A stretch of DNA of 64,000 bases from Promethearchaeota archaeon. Lineage in GTDB: Archaea > Asgardarchaeota > Lokiarchaeia > Sigyniarchaeales > SOKP01. The notes under the pieces are model-generated. The model searched no databases. It was not told the DNA's origin and saw nothing but the letters and a program-made list of their open reading frames with translations. Shown piece after piece: positions 1 through 9,882 of this stretch (position 1 is the first letter of the stretch; each line of letters begins with the position of its first letter). The position numbers and the translations under genes are program-made. The stretch lies in the NCBI GenBank assembly GCA_016840085.1, contig JAEOTA010000054.1:1-64000 (forward strand), read 5' to 3'.

Positions 1-1
1 A

Positions 2-1294
2 AAACGCCCATTCAGGGCTATAATATTTTCCCCAACACCAATCCATGAGAACCTCACATTCATGATTCGTCATATTTTTCAATTTTGCTACTGAATGACC
101 TATATCGTATTTTTCCCATTGATATGACGTTATGGCTCCTTCCTTCGCCATCTCCTTAAACAATAAGCTTCCTGGATGTGGTGTCTGTATGGCTAACATG
201 ATCTTATCTATGCCAACTCTCGTTGCATATACGGGATATTCCTTCACTTGCTCCATTGTCTCGTCTGGATCGCCTATCATTAAATATCCTACAATTTTAA
301 TTTTATTCTCCTTCAATATTTCGATAGCCTTTTCCACGGTAAAAGTAGTAATCCCTTTTTTTAATTTTATTAAGCGCTCTTGATTCGGACTTTCGATACC
401 AATTGCAATCCACTCCATTCCTATTTCTGCTAATCTTTTAATTAAATCGGGGTGTTTAGTTATGTGATCTACGCGTATTTCACAGAAATATTTGAAGTAA
501 ATGTTGTTTTCTTTGATGAGATCAATAATTTTAGCGACTCTCTCGCTATCTTGCATAAAATTTGCGTCCCATATATGGACTGTGGATAAGTCTGGGTGTT
601 TTTTTTGTAGCATTTTCAATTCTGCAACAACATTTTCTGGGGAACGACCTCGCCATCGACCGTGTACAACATCATTTGCACAAAATGTACAAGTACCATT
701 ACAGCCGCGTGATGTAACTACGACTTCGTGTTTATTAAAGATAGGGTTCTCTGGACGCAAATTCCTATCTGGAAATGGTAACGAGTCGAGATCCATTATC
801 CTTTCACGGTCCTGATTATGACGAATAATCCCATTTTCATCCCTAAAGCTCAATCCTTTAACGAAAGTTGAAGGACCATTTAGAACAAGTTCTTTTAAAG
901 TCATTTCTCCTTCTCCACGAACAACAGCATCAATTTCCGGGACATCAAACATTGCTTCAGGAAGAGCAGAAGGGTGATAGCCTCCCACAACAACATAAGT
1001 ACCATGTTTTTTTGCTATTCTAGCAAGTATTATTGCGTTGGGAAATGATGCTGTCATAGTTGAAATTCCTATAAGATCACATTTCCTACCTTCTTTTTCC
1101 ATTTTTACTAAATGATTTTCAAATTTTTCAAATGGTCTAAGATCTATACGCATATCTATAGGCATTGTAACAGAATTCACGTGATCTTTTATAACTGCGC
1201 TAAGATAACAAAGAGGAATGTTTGCTTCAAAAAAGCTAACATCAAAACAATCTCCTTCCGCCTTGACCAATACTATATTCTTGAAATAAGTCAT
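2..1294 (-). CDS. B12-binding domain radical SAM protein (runs off left edge; missing from ORF track)
   Basis: Manual translation from ATG at 1294: MTYFKNIVLVKAEG...LIGISTMT...VVVGGYHPS...VVRGEGE...TSRGCNGTCTFC (cobalamin-binding motifs plus CxxxCxxC); frame open to window start. Confidence 0.9.
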   Translation of the reverse strand, partial: MTYFKNIVLVKAEGDCFDVSFFEANIPLCYLSAVIKDHVNSVTMPIDMRIDLRPFEKFENHLVKMEKEGRKCDLIGISTMTASFPNAIILARIAKKHGTYVVVGGYHPSALPEAMFDVPEIDAVVRGEGEMTLKELVLNGPSTFVKGLSFRDENGIIRHNQDRERIMDLDSLPFPDRNLRPENPIFNKHEVVVTSRGCNGTCTFCANDVVHGRWRGRSPENVVAELKMLQKKHPDLSTVHIWDANFMQDSERVAKIIDLIKENNIYFKYFCEIRVDHITKHPDLIKRLAEIGMEWIAIGIESPNQERLIKLKKGITTFTVEKAIEILKENKIKIVGYLMIGDPDETMEQVKEYPVYATRVGIDKIMLAIQTPHPGSLLFKEMAKEGAITSYQWEKYDIGHSVAKLKNMTNHECEVLMDWCWGKYYSPEWAF

Positions 1295-1475
1295 GTCTGT
1301 CTTCCTCTAAGATTTAACTTAATTGTTAGTTCTACATAGTATTTAAAAGTTATCCAATTTTTCAAAATATTAGAAGTTAATCAATTTATAACGAAATCAA
1401 ATCATATAATTTTTCCCAATAAAATCATTTTTTTAAAGAAACCCTGTTAAAAATAGAAATATTAAGTTCCTTCCT

Positions 1476-1735
1476 ATGAAAGAAAAATTAAAATCACGAA
1501 TTGTAATCATACTGATAATATTTGGATTATTTTTCTCAATTCTCTATCTTATTAATTATATTAAAATAGAAAAGCTAGAAACGCTACTGAGGATATATTT
1601 AAATGTGGAGAGGAATTGGCTAAAGAATATAAATATCAAATTAAAGTAAAAGATAGAGAAGAAATTAATTATATTGTAAAACATAAACCTATTTTATTGA
1701 AAGAATTTTTCAATTATCCAATAAACACTAATTAA
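1476..1735 (+). pseudogene. Degenerate mosaic of ORF remnants (signal-peptide-like start; short hydrophilic fragment in another frame)
   Basis: 1476..1649 reads MKEKLKSRIVIILIIFGLFFSILYL...; an overlapping frame reads ...IKVKDREEINYIVKHKPILLKEFFNYPINTN* with no start. Confidence 0.3.
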
Positions 1736-1897
1736 AAATGCAAGGCAAATAATCAAAGACTTTGTAAAAAATGTGGCCTTAGTATAACTGATCTGATATT
1801 CTCTTAATTACCAATTAAATTTCAAAACCCCAGAAGAAAGTGAGATGGCTGAAATAATTATCCTGTTGATCGAAATTCTAATATAAGAAGATGCTAA

Positions 1898-2722
1898 ATA
1901 ATTTATAGATATAATAAGCAAAGATACCCATTAGCTTTTGATGAAAATGTTGGTTTGAAAAAGGTTCTATATCTTTCTAAATTTTTAATGAATCGTTCAA
2001 ATAATCTTTTAACTATATTTGAATATATTTCATTATATGAAGAAGCAATCTCTATAAATGAATCCTTATTTAAAATAAAGGAGGTCTTTATTTCAGTTGA
2101 CAATAAAAGAACGCGCGTTAATCTCCAAGCAGCTATACCAAAAATGATTTGGAATTTATGGACTGATACCCAAACTAATACTCTTCGATATGGAATTGGT
2201 AGACACGATTCTACGGATGATTATCAATGTTTAATATGTGTATATTATCCCCAAGGAAAAGCTCCAACTCAAACGGAATTGAATGCTGCTTTATTAGGAA
2301 TGAGTGAAGAAGAAATAAATTCCCGTATCCAGTAAAATGATCCAATAAAAGAGGAGGATCTTCAGTATATCTTTGAAACCTATAGCCTTAAACCCGACCA
2401 AGTACAGAGACTAAGAACCCTTATTGGTCAGCCATTTAATAACATTCTTCATGGTGATTGCGGAGTATTTAATCTAAAATTAGGTGAAAGACATGAGCGA
2501 ACAACGGCTACACATATTCCTGTCTTAATCGGAACGTATGCTGTTATTCAATATATATTGCATCAATTAGAAATAGGAGAGGAAGGAATTATTAAATCTA
2601 TCGCAGATTTTAATGCTTTTACTTATCCTTCAGAAGAATGTATAGTTAAGAAAAAAAGAAACCCAAATTGTATTTGTAATGATCCTATATATCAAAAAGT
2701 GTTTAAAAATAAGTGGGAGTAA
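1898..2722 (+). pseudogene. ThiF/E1-like ubiquitin-activating enzyme C-terminal remnant with in-frame TAA at 2333-2335
   Basis: One frame reads NKQRYPLAFDENVGLKKV (ThiF NxxR...G..K), SVDNKRTR, CLIC, stop, then HGDCG and NPNCICND...KWE*; N-terminal GxGxxG missing. Confidence 0.7.
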
Positions 2723-3260
2723 TCAAATCATTTTAATGTATACAGGAAATTATGATCATCCAATAATATAGAGAAAATGTGATACAAAATAATTATTCAA
2801 AAGAAAATTAATACTGAATGAGGAAATTTAAAAACAATAATTTATTAATCTGTAAGATTGAGTAAATAAATAGCTCAAAAATAAAAAAAGAAATATATAA
2901 GTATATAATAAACTAAAAGCTTATATAAAAGCAATAGAATTGATAAGGATCAATAATTTCACGAAATTTTATATAACTATTTTTCCTTTGCTCTTATTAT
3001 ATTATGATAATTGTAAACTAAAGATCCTATTTTATTAAATTAGTTCTTAATTATAATTATATTAAATTGAGAAAAAAACGTTTAAAATATACAGAATTGC
3101 TAAATATATCATTATAAGATTCAATTTAACGCTTAATATTAAATTTGTAAAAGATAACTTTTATAGATTCATTCAGAAACTTTAGGAAAAAATTTTGAGA
3201 TAAATTGATTTCTTTACTTTTTAATTTAGATTAATTAATGAAATAGCTTTATTCTAGCAA

Positions 3261-4205
3261 TAATATTTATCAATTATTTAATAAAAATGGATTAAATACC
3301 ACATAAAGATATAAATTACTTAGATTCTATGATTAAGTTACAATATTATATACAGAAATCTATAAAAAAAATTAGGAGTTGATTTATTTGGCTGAAGAAT
3401 GTAAAATTTTAGAAAAAAAAGCTAAAGAATTAGAAATAGAAAATGTAGATGAAGCAATTAAAGCTTATAAACAAGCTGCTGAATGTTATATTAAAAATGA
3501 TAAGCCAAAAAATAGAAATAGTTGTTTAGAAAAAGTAGCAAAATTAATTAGAGAAAACGCAAAATCAATCGAAGATCCTGTTGAAGCATTAGAAATCTTC
3601 AAATCTGCTTCAGAGGTTTACAATCAAATTAGTAAACAAACTGAGTCAGAAAAAGTAATGAATGAAGCTAATAAAAAGTTAATAGATTCTGCAAAAATTT
3701 TAAGAGCAGAAGCAAAAAAAGTTGAAGATCCTGATTTTGCAGAACTAAAATTTGCAAAAGCTTCTGATTATGCTTCTCAAGGGAAAGACGATGAATTGAG
3801 TAAAGCATGTTGGAATGATTCTGGTGATCAATATAGAAAAAAAGCAGCAGAAATTGAAGATCCAAGAGAAGCTTTAGAAGTATTTAAACATGCCATACAA
3901 AATTACACAAAAGGTGGAAGTGAAGAACTAAAAAATAAGGCCTTAACAGAAGCAGCAGATAAATTTAATAAAAAAGGTAATGATGTCGAAAAATCGAAAA
4001 AAAATTTGATATTAGCAATTGACGGCTATCTTCAAGCAGCTACTATATATAAAGTTGCGAATTTAGACGAAAAAGCAGACAATTTAACATATAGAATAAA
4101 TGATTTATGTGGATTTATTGGTATGCCCTTAGAAGAAATAACAAAATACTTAAATTCGCAGAAAATAACAGCGATCTCTATTTAATTTTTAAAAATTGTG
4201 AAGTT
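3261..4205 (+). repeat. Direct repeat copy 1 (~945 bp: upstream region, SNAP-like gene, ~20 bp downstream)
   Basis: Aligns with 5025..5969 at offset 1764, including the upstream ATTTAATAAAAATGG...ATTAGGAGTTG and downstream TTTTTAAAAATTGTGAAGTT. Confidence 0.9.
3379..4185 (+). CDS. Alpha-helical repeat protein (alpha-SNAP/TPR-like), copy 1
   Basis: 268 aa all-helical; EAIKAYKQAAECY, YLQAATIY; ~47-aa internal repeats EDPVEALEIFKSA / EDPDFAELKFAKA / EDPREALEVFKHA. Confidence 0.7.
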   Translation: MIYLAEECKILEKKAKELEIENVDEAIKAYKQAAECYIKNDKPKNRNSCLEKVAKLIRENAKSIEDPVEALEIFKSASEVYNQISKQTESEKVMNEANKKLIDSAKILRAEAKKVEDPDFAELKFAKASDYASQGKDDELSKACWNDSGDQYRKKAAEIEDPREALEVFKHAIQNYTKGGSEELKNKALTEAADKFNKKGNDVEKSKKNLILAIDGYLQAATIYKVANLDEKADNLTYRINDLCGFIGMPLEEITKYLNSQKITAISI

Positions 4206-4664
4206 GAAATTCTAAGTCTCAGTAAAAAAAGACTCTGTAAGAGATTTTCTTTCGGGTTTTCTTTCATCAAAAAGTGCTGAGAGAACCGATATATTTAAGT
4301 ATAATTTCAATTTATATCTCAATTCATTCCACTTTTAAAAATAATTAAATAATCTTCTAAAAGAGATTATTATTTAATTTATATATTTTTATCTCTTCTT
4401 TTATTATTTTATTAGTATTTGTATATCACTATTATACATATAAAATAAATAGCCCTTGGAAATATTATTATAATTTATCCTTATATGAATAGGAATAGTA
4501 TATTTCTTCGCGAAACGATGATTATTCTTTAAATATCCATATCAATTATATGATTCGGAATTTCGTTAAAGGTCAATTCAGAGTCTGATTTCAATGTAAA
4601 TTCATTTGAAATTTACTCATCTTTTCTCCTCTTCTAAATATATAAATACACGTTTGTAAGGATA

Positions 4665-4841
4665 TTATGTGTCATAATCTGATTCGTGGAATCCGTCTCC
4701 ATTTTCGCCCATTTCCTCATCCTCATCATTTTTCTCATTCCAGTCCCTGTCTTCTTCTTTTGTTTTGGCTTCCTCGCGATTTCTACTTATCTCATTCCAT
4801 TTATCACCTTTAAATTGCTTTTTACCTTTATTTTTTTTCAT
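4665..4841 (-). CDS. Small charged protein (58 aa; basic N-terminus, acidic C-terminus), not in ORF track
   Basis: MKKNKGKKQFKGDKWNEISRNREEAKTKEEDRDWNEKNDEDEEMGENGDGFHESDYDT*; purine-rich coding-like composition inside an AT-rich spacer. Confidence 0.6.
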   Translation of the reverse strand: MKKNKGKKQFKGDKWNEISRNREEAKTKEEDRDWNEKNDEDEEMGENGDGFHESDYDT

Positions 4842-5024
4842 AATTATCTCTCTTAAGTATTTATTCTAATATGCATTCAAATTTTAATTTATAATTTTAA
4901 GTATGAGTGGTTTAAATTATAAGATTTCTAAAAATTTGGTGTCCACTTAAATGGATCTATTTTTTAATCTTCTAGAAATCCAATTTTTTTGTGTATATTT
5001 AATCCCATCTTATTAGAAAGTTTA

Positions 5025-5969
5025 TAATTCTTTATCAAATATTTAATAAAAATGGTTTAAATGCCCCATAAAGATATAAATTACTTAAATTCTATGATAA
5101 TGTTATAACGTTAAATATAGAAATCTATAAAAAAATTAGGAGTTGATCTATTTGGCTGAAGAATGTAAAATTTTAGAAAAAAAAGCTAAAGAATTAGAAA
5201 TAGAAAACGTAGATGAAGCAATTAAAGCTTATAAACAAGCTGCGGAATGTTATATTAAAAATGATAAGTCAAAAAATAGAAACAGTTGTCTAGAAAAAGT
5301 AGCAAAATTAATTAGAGAAAATGCAAAATCAATCGAAGATCCTGTTGAAGCATTAGAAATATTCAAATCTGCTTCAGAGGTTTACAATCAAATTAGTAAG
5401 CAAGCTGAATCAGAAAAAGTAATGAATGAAGCTAATAAAAAGCTAATAGATTCTGCAAAAAATTTAAGAGCAGACGCTAAAAAAGCTGAAGATCCTGATT
5501 TTGCAGAACTAAAATTTGCAAAAGCTTCTGATTATGCTTCTCGGGGGAAAGACGAAGAATTGAGTAAAGCATGTTGGAATGACTCTGGTGATCAATTTAG
5601 AAAAAAAGCAGCAGAAATTGAAGATCCAAGAGAAGCTTTAGAAGTTTTTAAACATGCCATACAAAATTACACAAAAGGTGGAAGTGAACAACTAAAAAAT
5701 AAATCCTTAACAGAAGCAGCAGATAAATTTAATAAGAAAGCTAATGATGTCGAAAAATCGAAAAAAAATTTGATATTAGCAATTGACGGCTATCTTCAAG
5801 CAGCTACTATATATAAAGCTGCGGATTTAGACGAAAAAGCAGACAATTTAACAAATAGAATAAATGATTTATGTGAATTTATTGGTATGCCCTTAGAAGA
5901 AATAACAAAATACTTAAATTCGCAGAATATAACAGCGATCTCTATTTAATTTTTAAAAATTGTGAAGTT
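5025..5969 (+). repeat. Direct repeat copy 2
   Basis: Aligns with 3261..4205. Confidence 0.9.
5143..5949 (+). CDS. Alpha-helical repeat protein (alpha-SNAP/TPR-like), copy 2
   Basis: 268 aa; 16 aa differences from 3379..4185 (~94% identity). Confidence 0.7.
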   Translation: MIYLAEECKILEKKAKELEIENVDEAIKAYKQAAECYIKNDKSKNRNSCLEKVAKLIRENAKSIEDPVEALEIFKSASEVYNQISKQAESEKVMNEANKKLIDSAKNLRADAKKAEDPDFAELKFAKASDYASRGKDEELSKACWNDSGDQFRKKAAEIEDPREALEVFKHAIQNYTKGGSEQLKNKSLTEAADKFNKKANDVEKSKKNLILAIDGYLQAATIYKAADLDEKADNLTNRINDLCEFIGMPLEEITKYLNSQNITAISI

Positions 5970-6004
5970 TAAATATTTACATAATTTTCCCTTATTATCT
6001 TTAA

Positions 6005-6242
6005 GTTTCAAAGATTCTTTCGTTTGATGTTGCTTTTTTTGTAGAGATTCAAAGACATAAAACAATTAAGGTAGAATATCAAGATGATAATGGAAATTTA
6101 GTTTTAGAGAACTTCTCTAATGATATTTCAGAATTAGTTCAACATGAAATTGATCATCTACATGGCATTTTAGCGACTGATCATTTGAAAGATTTAAAAA
6201 AAAATCATAATGAGAAGTGAATGGGAAAGGAGGTTTAAGTAA
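6005..6242 (+). pseudogene. def: Peptide deformylase C-terminal remnant
   Basis: SFDVAFFVEIQRHKTIKVEYQDDNG...SELVQHEIDHLHGILATDHL (QHExDHLxG motif 3); no N-terminal half; apparent extra A in the A-run near 6200. Confidence 0.8.
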
Positions 6243-6243
6243 G

Positions 6244-6927
6244 GTGAAAAGAGTTGGAATTTTAGGGGGTATGTCATATGAATCCACCATAAAATACTAT
6301 GATTTAATTCTCCAAAAATATTATGAAAAATACAAGGATTATCATTATCCCGAAATTGTAATATTTAGCTTGAACTTTCAGAAAGTAATTGACAATGAAT
6401 TAAGTGAGGATAGAACAAAATATATAGAATATTTAATGACGGGTATTAACTCATTAGAAAATGCTGGAGCAAGTTTTATAATAATGGCAGCAAATTCACC
6501 ACATGCAGTTTATGAAGATTTGGTGAAGCTCTCAAAAGTACCAATATTAAGTATTGTACAAGCTACAGTAGAGAAAGCAAAACAAAAGAATATGCAGAAA
6601 TTACTTCTACTAGGGATAAAATTTACAATGCAATCCACATTCTACCAAGAATATGCAAAAGAATTAGGTATAGATATGATAACACCATCAGATGAAGAAC
6701 AGGATAAAATAAATAAGATTATCTTTAAAGAATTAGTAATAGGATTTTTTAAACAAGAGTCCAAGAAGGAACTAATACGAATTATTAATGAATACAAAAC
6801 AGATGGCGTAATCTTAGGTTGCATGGAACTACCTTTAATTTTGAACCAAAAGGATACAAAAATAAAATTGCTTGATACTGTAGAACTTCATGTAGAAGCT
6901 GCCTTAAACTACTATTTTTCTTTATAA
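6244..6927 (+). CDS. Aspartate/glutamate racemase family protein
   Basis: GILGGMSYESTIKYY, AANSPH, VILGCMELP; likely GTG start at 6244. Confidence 0.9.
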   Translation: MKRVGILGGMSYESTIKYYDLILQKYYEKYKDYHYPEIVIFSLNFQKVIDNELSEDRTKYIEYLMTGINSLENAGASFIIMAANSPHAVYEDLVKLSKVPILSIVQATVEKAKQKNMQKLLLLGIKFTMQSTFYQEYAKELGIDMITPSDEEQDKINKIIFKELVIGFFKQESKKELIRIINEYKTDGVILGCMELPLILNQKDTKIKLLDTVELHVEAALNYYFSL

Positions 6928-6990
6928 TGATAAGTTGTAAGTTTTTTTAACTTGCAAGTGCTATTTATAATAATTAAGCTTGGATGGTAA

Positions 6991-9258
6991 TTGCTGATTA
7001 GTCGATTTACTACAGTAAAATTCAAAGATCTTGCTCCAATTGTATTAGTAATGGTATTGCTATTTATTTCGATAGCATGTGCAAATATGCTTATTCCTAG
7101 TTATGCAGCAATAAGGCAAGAATTCAATATCCCAGAAGCACTAATAGCAATTCCTGATGCCTTTTTCGTGTTAATTAGTGCACTATTTGCATTGCTTTGG
7201 GGATATTGGGCGGATAGAGTTGATAGAGGAAAAGTTCTACTAGCAGGAGCGTTTTCATGGACAATTGGAATGCTCCTAACGGCTTTTTCTACGACATACT
7301 TAATGTTAGTAATTTCAAGAGTATCTAGTGGAGCAGGTTTAGGCTGTGTTTTGCCAGTTGGGTATTCAATTATTTCAGATGCAATTCCTGCCGAAGAAAG
7401 ATCTGGGTGGTTTGGAACACTAGCAATTTTAAGTTCTATATCGAATGGGGCGGGACAGGGACTTTCTTCTTTTTTAGGTCCAATTTTCACGTGGAGATTT
7501 CCATTTTTTCTTCTTTCTGGTATAAGTGTAGTTGTGATTTTCATACTTTTTTTCGTTAAAATTCCTAAACGAGGGGCTAGTGAAGATGAACTTTTAGATT
7601 TAATGGAATTAGATTTAGAATATAGTTATCGAATTTCTAAGGAGGATTTATCAGTCATTATAAGAAAAAAAACCAATCTATATTTAACAATACAAGGCTT
7701 TTTCTCGATTATTCCAGGTACCGTCTTAGTATATTTTACAACATCAATGTTGATGCTCCAATATTTTAATCAAATACCTTCAGAAATACGTCTTCAAACT
7801 GCCACAATATTTGCCGGTATGATAGGTGTTGGATACCTTATTGGGAATGCTGTCTTTGCACGTTTAGGAGATGTATTATTTCGGCGTAATAAAAAAAATA
7901 GAGCTAGATTAGCAACAATATGCCTTATATTATCAATTCCTTTTGCAATTGTATTACTTATTTCATTGCACCCTATCAATTTAAATAGACTCAGTATCAT
8001 TTATCCTGAACCAATTCCCACAGAGAAAATTTGGCTTTATATTTTTCGAACAATTGGTGAAATATTCGTAGCATATCCGAATTATATTATTTTCTTTGTT
8101 TTTGCTTTAATGGCCTCTATGCTAGGAGCAGGACCAGTTGCGAATAGGAATGCAGTTATGATTGACGTTAATATGCCTGAACATAAAGGTACAGCTGCTT
8201 CGTTCTTAAAGCTTTCGGAACAAATAAGTAAGGGTGTAACCCTCCTTATTTCTTTTACATTAATTACTTTATTAGGAAGCATTTTCAATATGTTATTTTT
8301 TACCATATTTTTTTGGTTTCCAGCAGCGATCTTGTGGTATCTTGCTAGTAGAAACGTAGAAAAAGATATGGCTTATAAATCTAGAATTTTATCAGAAAGA
8401 AAACAAGTTAGTTTAATTGATTATATATTCGAACTAGAAATCCAAATAGATAGAGCAATTCAAAAGGTTCAAGATTCTAAATATTATATTCAAAGTGATG
8501 AAAATAAATTCAATAAACTACTTAATGATGCATTATTGATTTTTAAGTTCTGTGAACGTGAAGGAGAATATCGAAGCATTACTGATGTGCAAAAAAAAGC
8601 ACATATTTTCTATTTACGCGTTTTATTAATAAAGCAGGAGGTAAATTTGATTTTTGAAGAATTATCAAAAGAAGATTTAGAACCTAAAGAAATAACCCGT
8701 CTAAAAAATGAATTAAGGCAAATCTACAATAAAATAAGTGAATGGGAGAAGAGTACGTATGGAGAAATACAAACTTATTATGAAGATGCGTATTTAAAAA
8801 TTATTGAGGCAAGAATAAATCAGAAAAAAGATTTGATAAAAGGATTGTTCAAGATATCCGAAGCAATAAGAATCTATGAACGGGTGAAATACCTCTTAAG
8901 TGAAAGGCTTGAAGTTGCAAATGAAAAATCTAACTTATCAGAAGAAGAATCAATAGTGCGAGACAAAGAACAAGAATTATTTAATAAATGTTCTAAATCT
9001 TTAAATGCAACCAAAAAATTACACGAAGAGATAAAATTTGCCTTAAATCAATTAAAAGAGGTAGGAATTCAACGAGAAGATTTAAGTAAGATTTCTGATC
9101 TAAGTCAAGAATATAATATTGATCTGTATGATGTGATTCTTGACACATTTCAGGACGATAAGAAAAGGCAAAAAGCGCTTATTGGAACTTTAGATGAAAT
9201 TGATGATATTTTTAACCAATATGATAAATGGAAAGAAACTGAATTTAAAGTTTTTTAA
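6991..9258 (+). CDS. MFS transporter with long C-terminal soluble helical domain
   Basis: ~12 TM in aa 1-450 with motif A GYWADRVDRGK; ~300 aa hydrophilic helical tail. Confidence 0.85.
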   Translation: MLISRFTTVKFKDLAPIVLVMVLLFISIACANMLIPSYAAIRQEFNIPEALIAIPDAFFVLISALFALLWGYWADRVDRGKVLLAGAFSWTIGMLLTAFSTTYLMLVISRVSSGAGLGCVLPVGYSIISDAIPAEERSGWFGTLAILSSISNGAGQGLSSFLGPIFTWRFPFFLLSGISVVVIFILFFVKIPKRGASEDELLDLMELDLEYSYRISKEDLSVIIRKKTNLYLTIQGFFSIIPGTVLVYFTTSMLMLQYFNQIPSEIRLQTATIFAGMIGVGYLIGNAVFARLGDVLFRRNKKNRARLATICLILSIPFAIVLLISLHPINLNRLSIIYPEPIPTEKIWLYIFRTIGEIFVAYPNYIIFFVFALMASMLGAGPVANRNAVMIDVNMPEHKGTAASFLKLSEQISKGVTLLISFTLITLLGSIFNMLFFTIFFWFPAAILWYLASRNVEKDMAYKSRILSERKQVSLIDYIFELEIQIDRAIQKVQDSKYYIQSDENKFNKLLNDALLIFKFCEREGEYRSITDVQKKAHIFYLRVLLIKQEVNLIFEELSKEDLEPKEITRLKNELRQIYNKISEWEKSTYGEIQTYYEDAYLKIIEARINQKKDLIKGLFKISEAIRIYERVKYLLSERLEVANEKSNLSEEESIVRDKEQELFNKCSKSLNATKKLHEEIKFALNQLKEVGIQREDLSKISDLSQEYNIDLYDVILDTFQDDKKRQKALIGTLDEIDDIFNQYDKWKETEFKVF

Positions 9259-9267
9259 GAAATTTTA

Positions 9268-9534
9268 TTAATTATTAAATTCTGCTCGTAATAACTCTTG
9301 CATCTCAGATCTTTCTACTTCTGAAAGCTTGTTTGGTTTTTTACCTTTATTATGAACATAATCGGGATATTTGTGCTCAAAACATAAATTAATTAAAAAA
9401 AGTAAACAATTTCTAACTCTTAAAGCATTAGATATTTCATCTTCTAGATCTTTCATTAATTCAACTAAAATTTTGTATTTACTCACCTCACTATTGGTGG
9501 ATGCCTTTAAGATTTTATCGAAACAATCTTCCAT
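9268..9534 (-). CDS. Hypothetical protein
   Basis: 88-aa ORF with normal composition, convergent with the MFS gene. Confidence 0.6.
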   Translation of the reverse strand: MEDCFDKILKASTNSEVSKYKILVELMKDLEDEISNALRVRNCLLFLINLCFEHKYPDYVHNKGKKPNKLSEVERSEMQELLRAEFNN

Positions 9535-9882
9535 TTTTATGAAATCATTTAAAAAGTTATATCTTGATCTGTTTTATCTCTACATCTTAAGCAGTTACAT
9601 AGAGAATTAAATATTTATAAGTATCTATTGTCTTTTTTTTCCCATGAGAAAACGTACTTTCCCCTTGTTTCTATGAAAAAAACTTAATTTTACTGATATT
9701 GAAAATTTTCTGTAAATTACAATCCTAAAATTCAATTTTCTTTTCAATGTTATTTTTTTGAACCTAAATTTATTTCAAGATTAGAATTTGATTGATAATG
9801 AAATTAAATATCTGCATTTTGATGTGAAGGTAAATTTTTCATTGAAAAACTATTACCACTAATAAGATTTTTAAAATTTCAG

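Noticed and set aside
132-1339. Plus-strand ORFs 132..383, 501..815 and 1112..1339
   Set aside because: Antisense shadows of the radical SAM gene
2723-3260. Long AT-rich intergenic region as ncRNA, origin or CRISPR array
   Set aside because: No regular repeats, ORB-like boxes or GC-rich stems visible
3261-5969. Duplication as the flanks of a composite transposon or prophage att sites
   Set aside because: No transposase or integrase, terminal inverted repeats or target-site duplication seen
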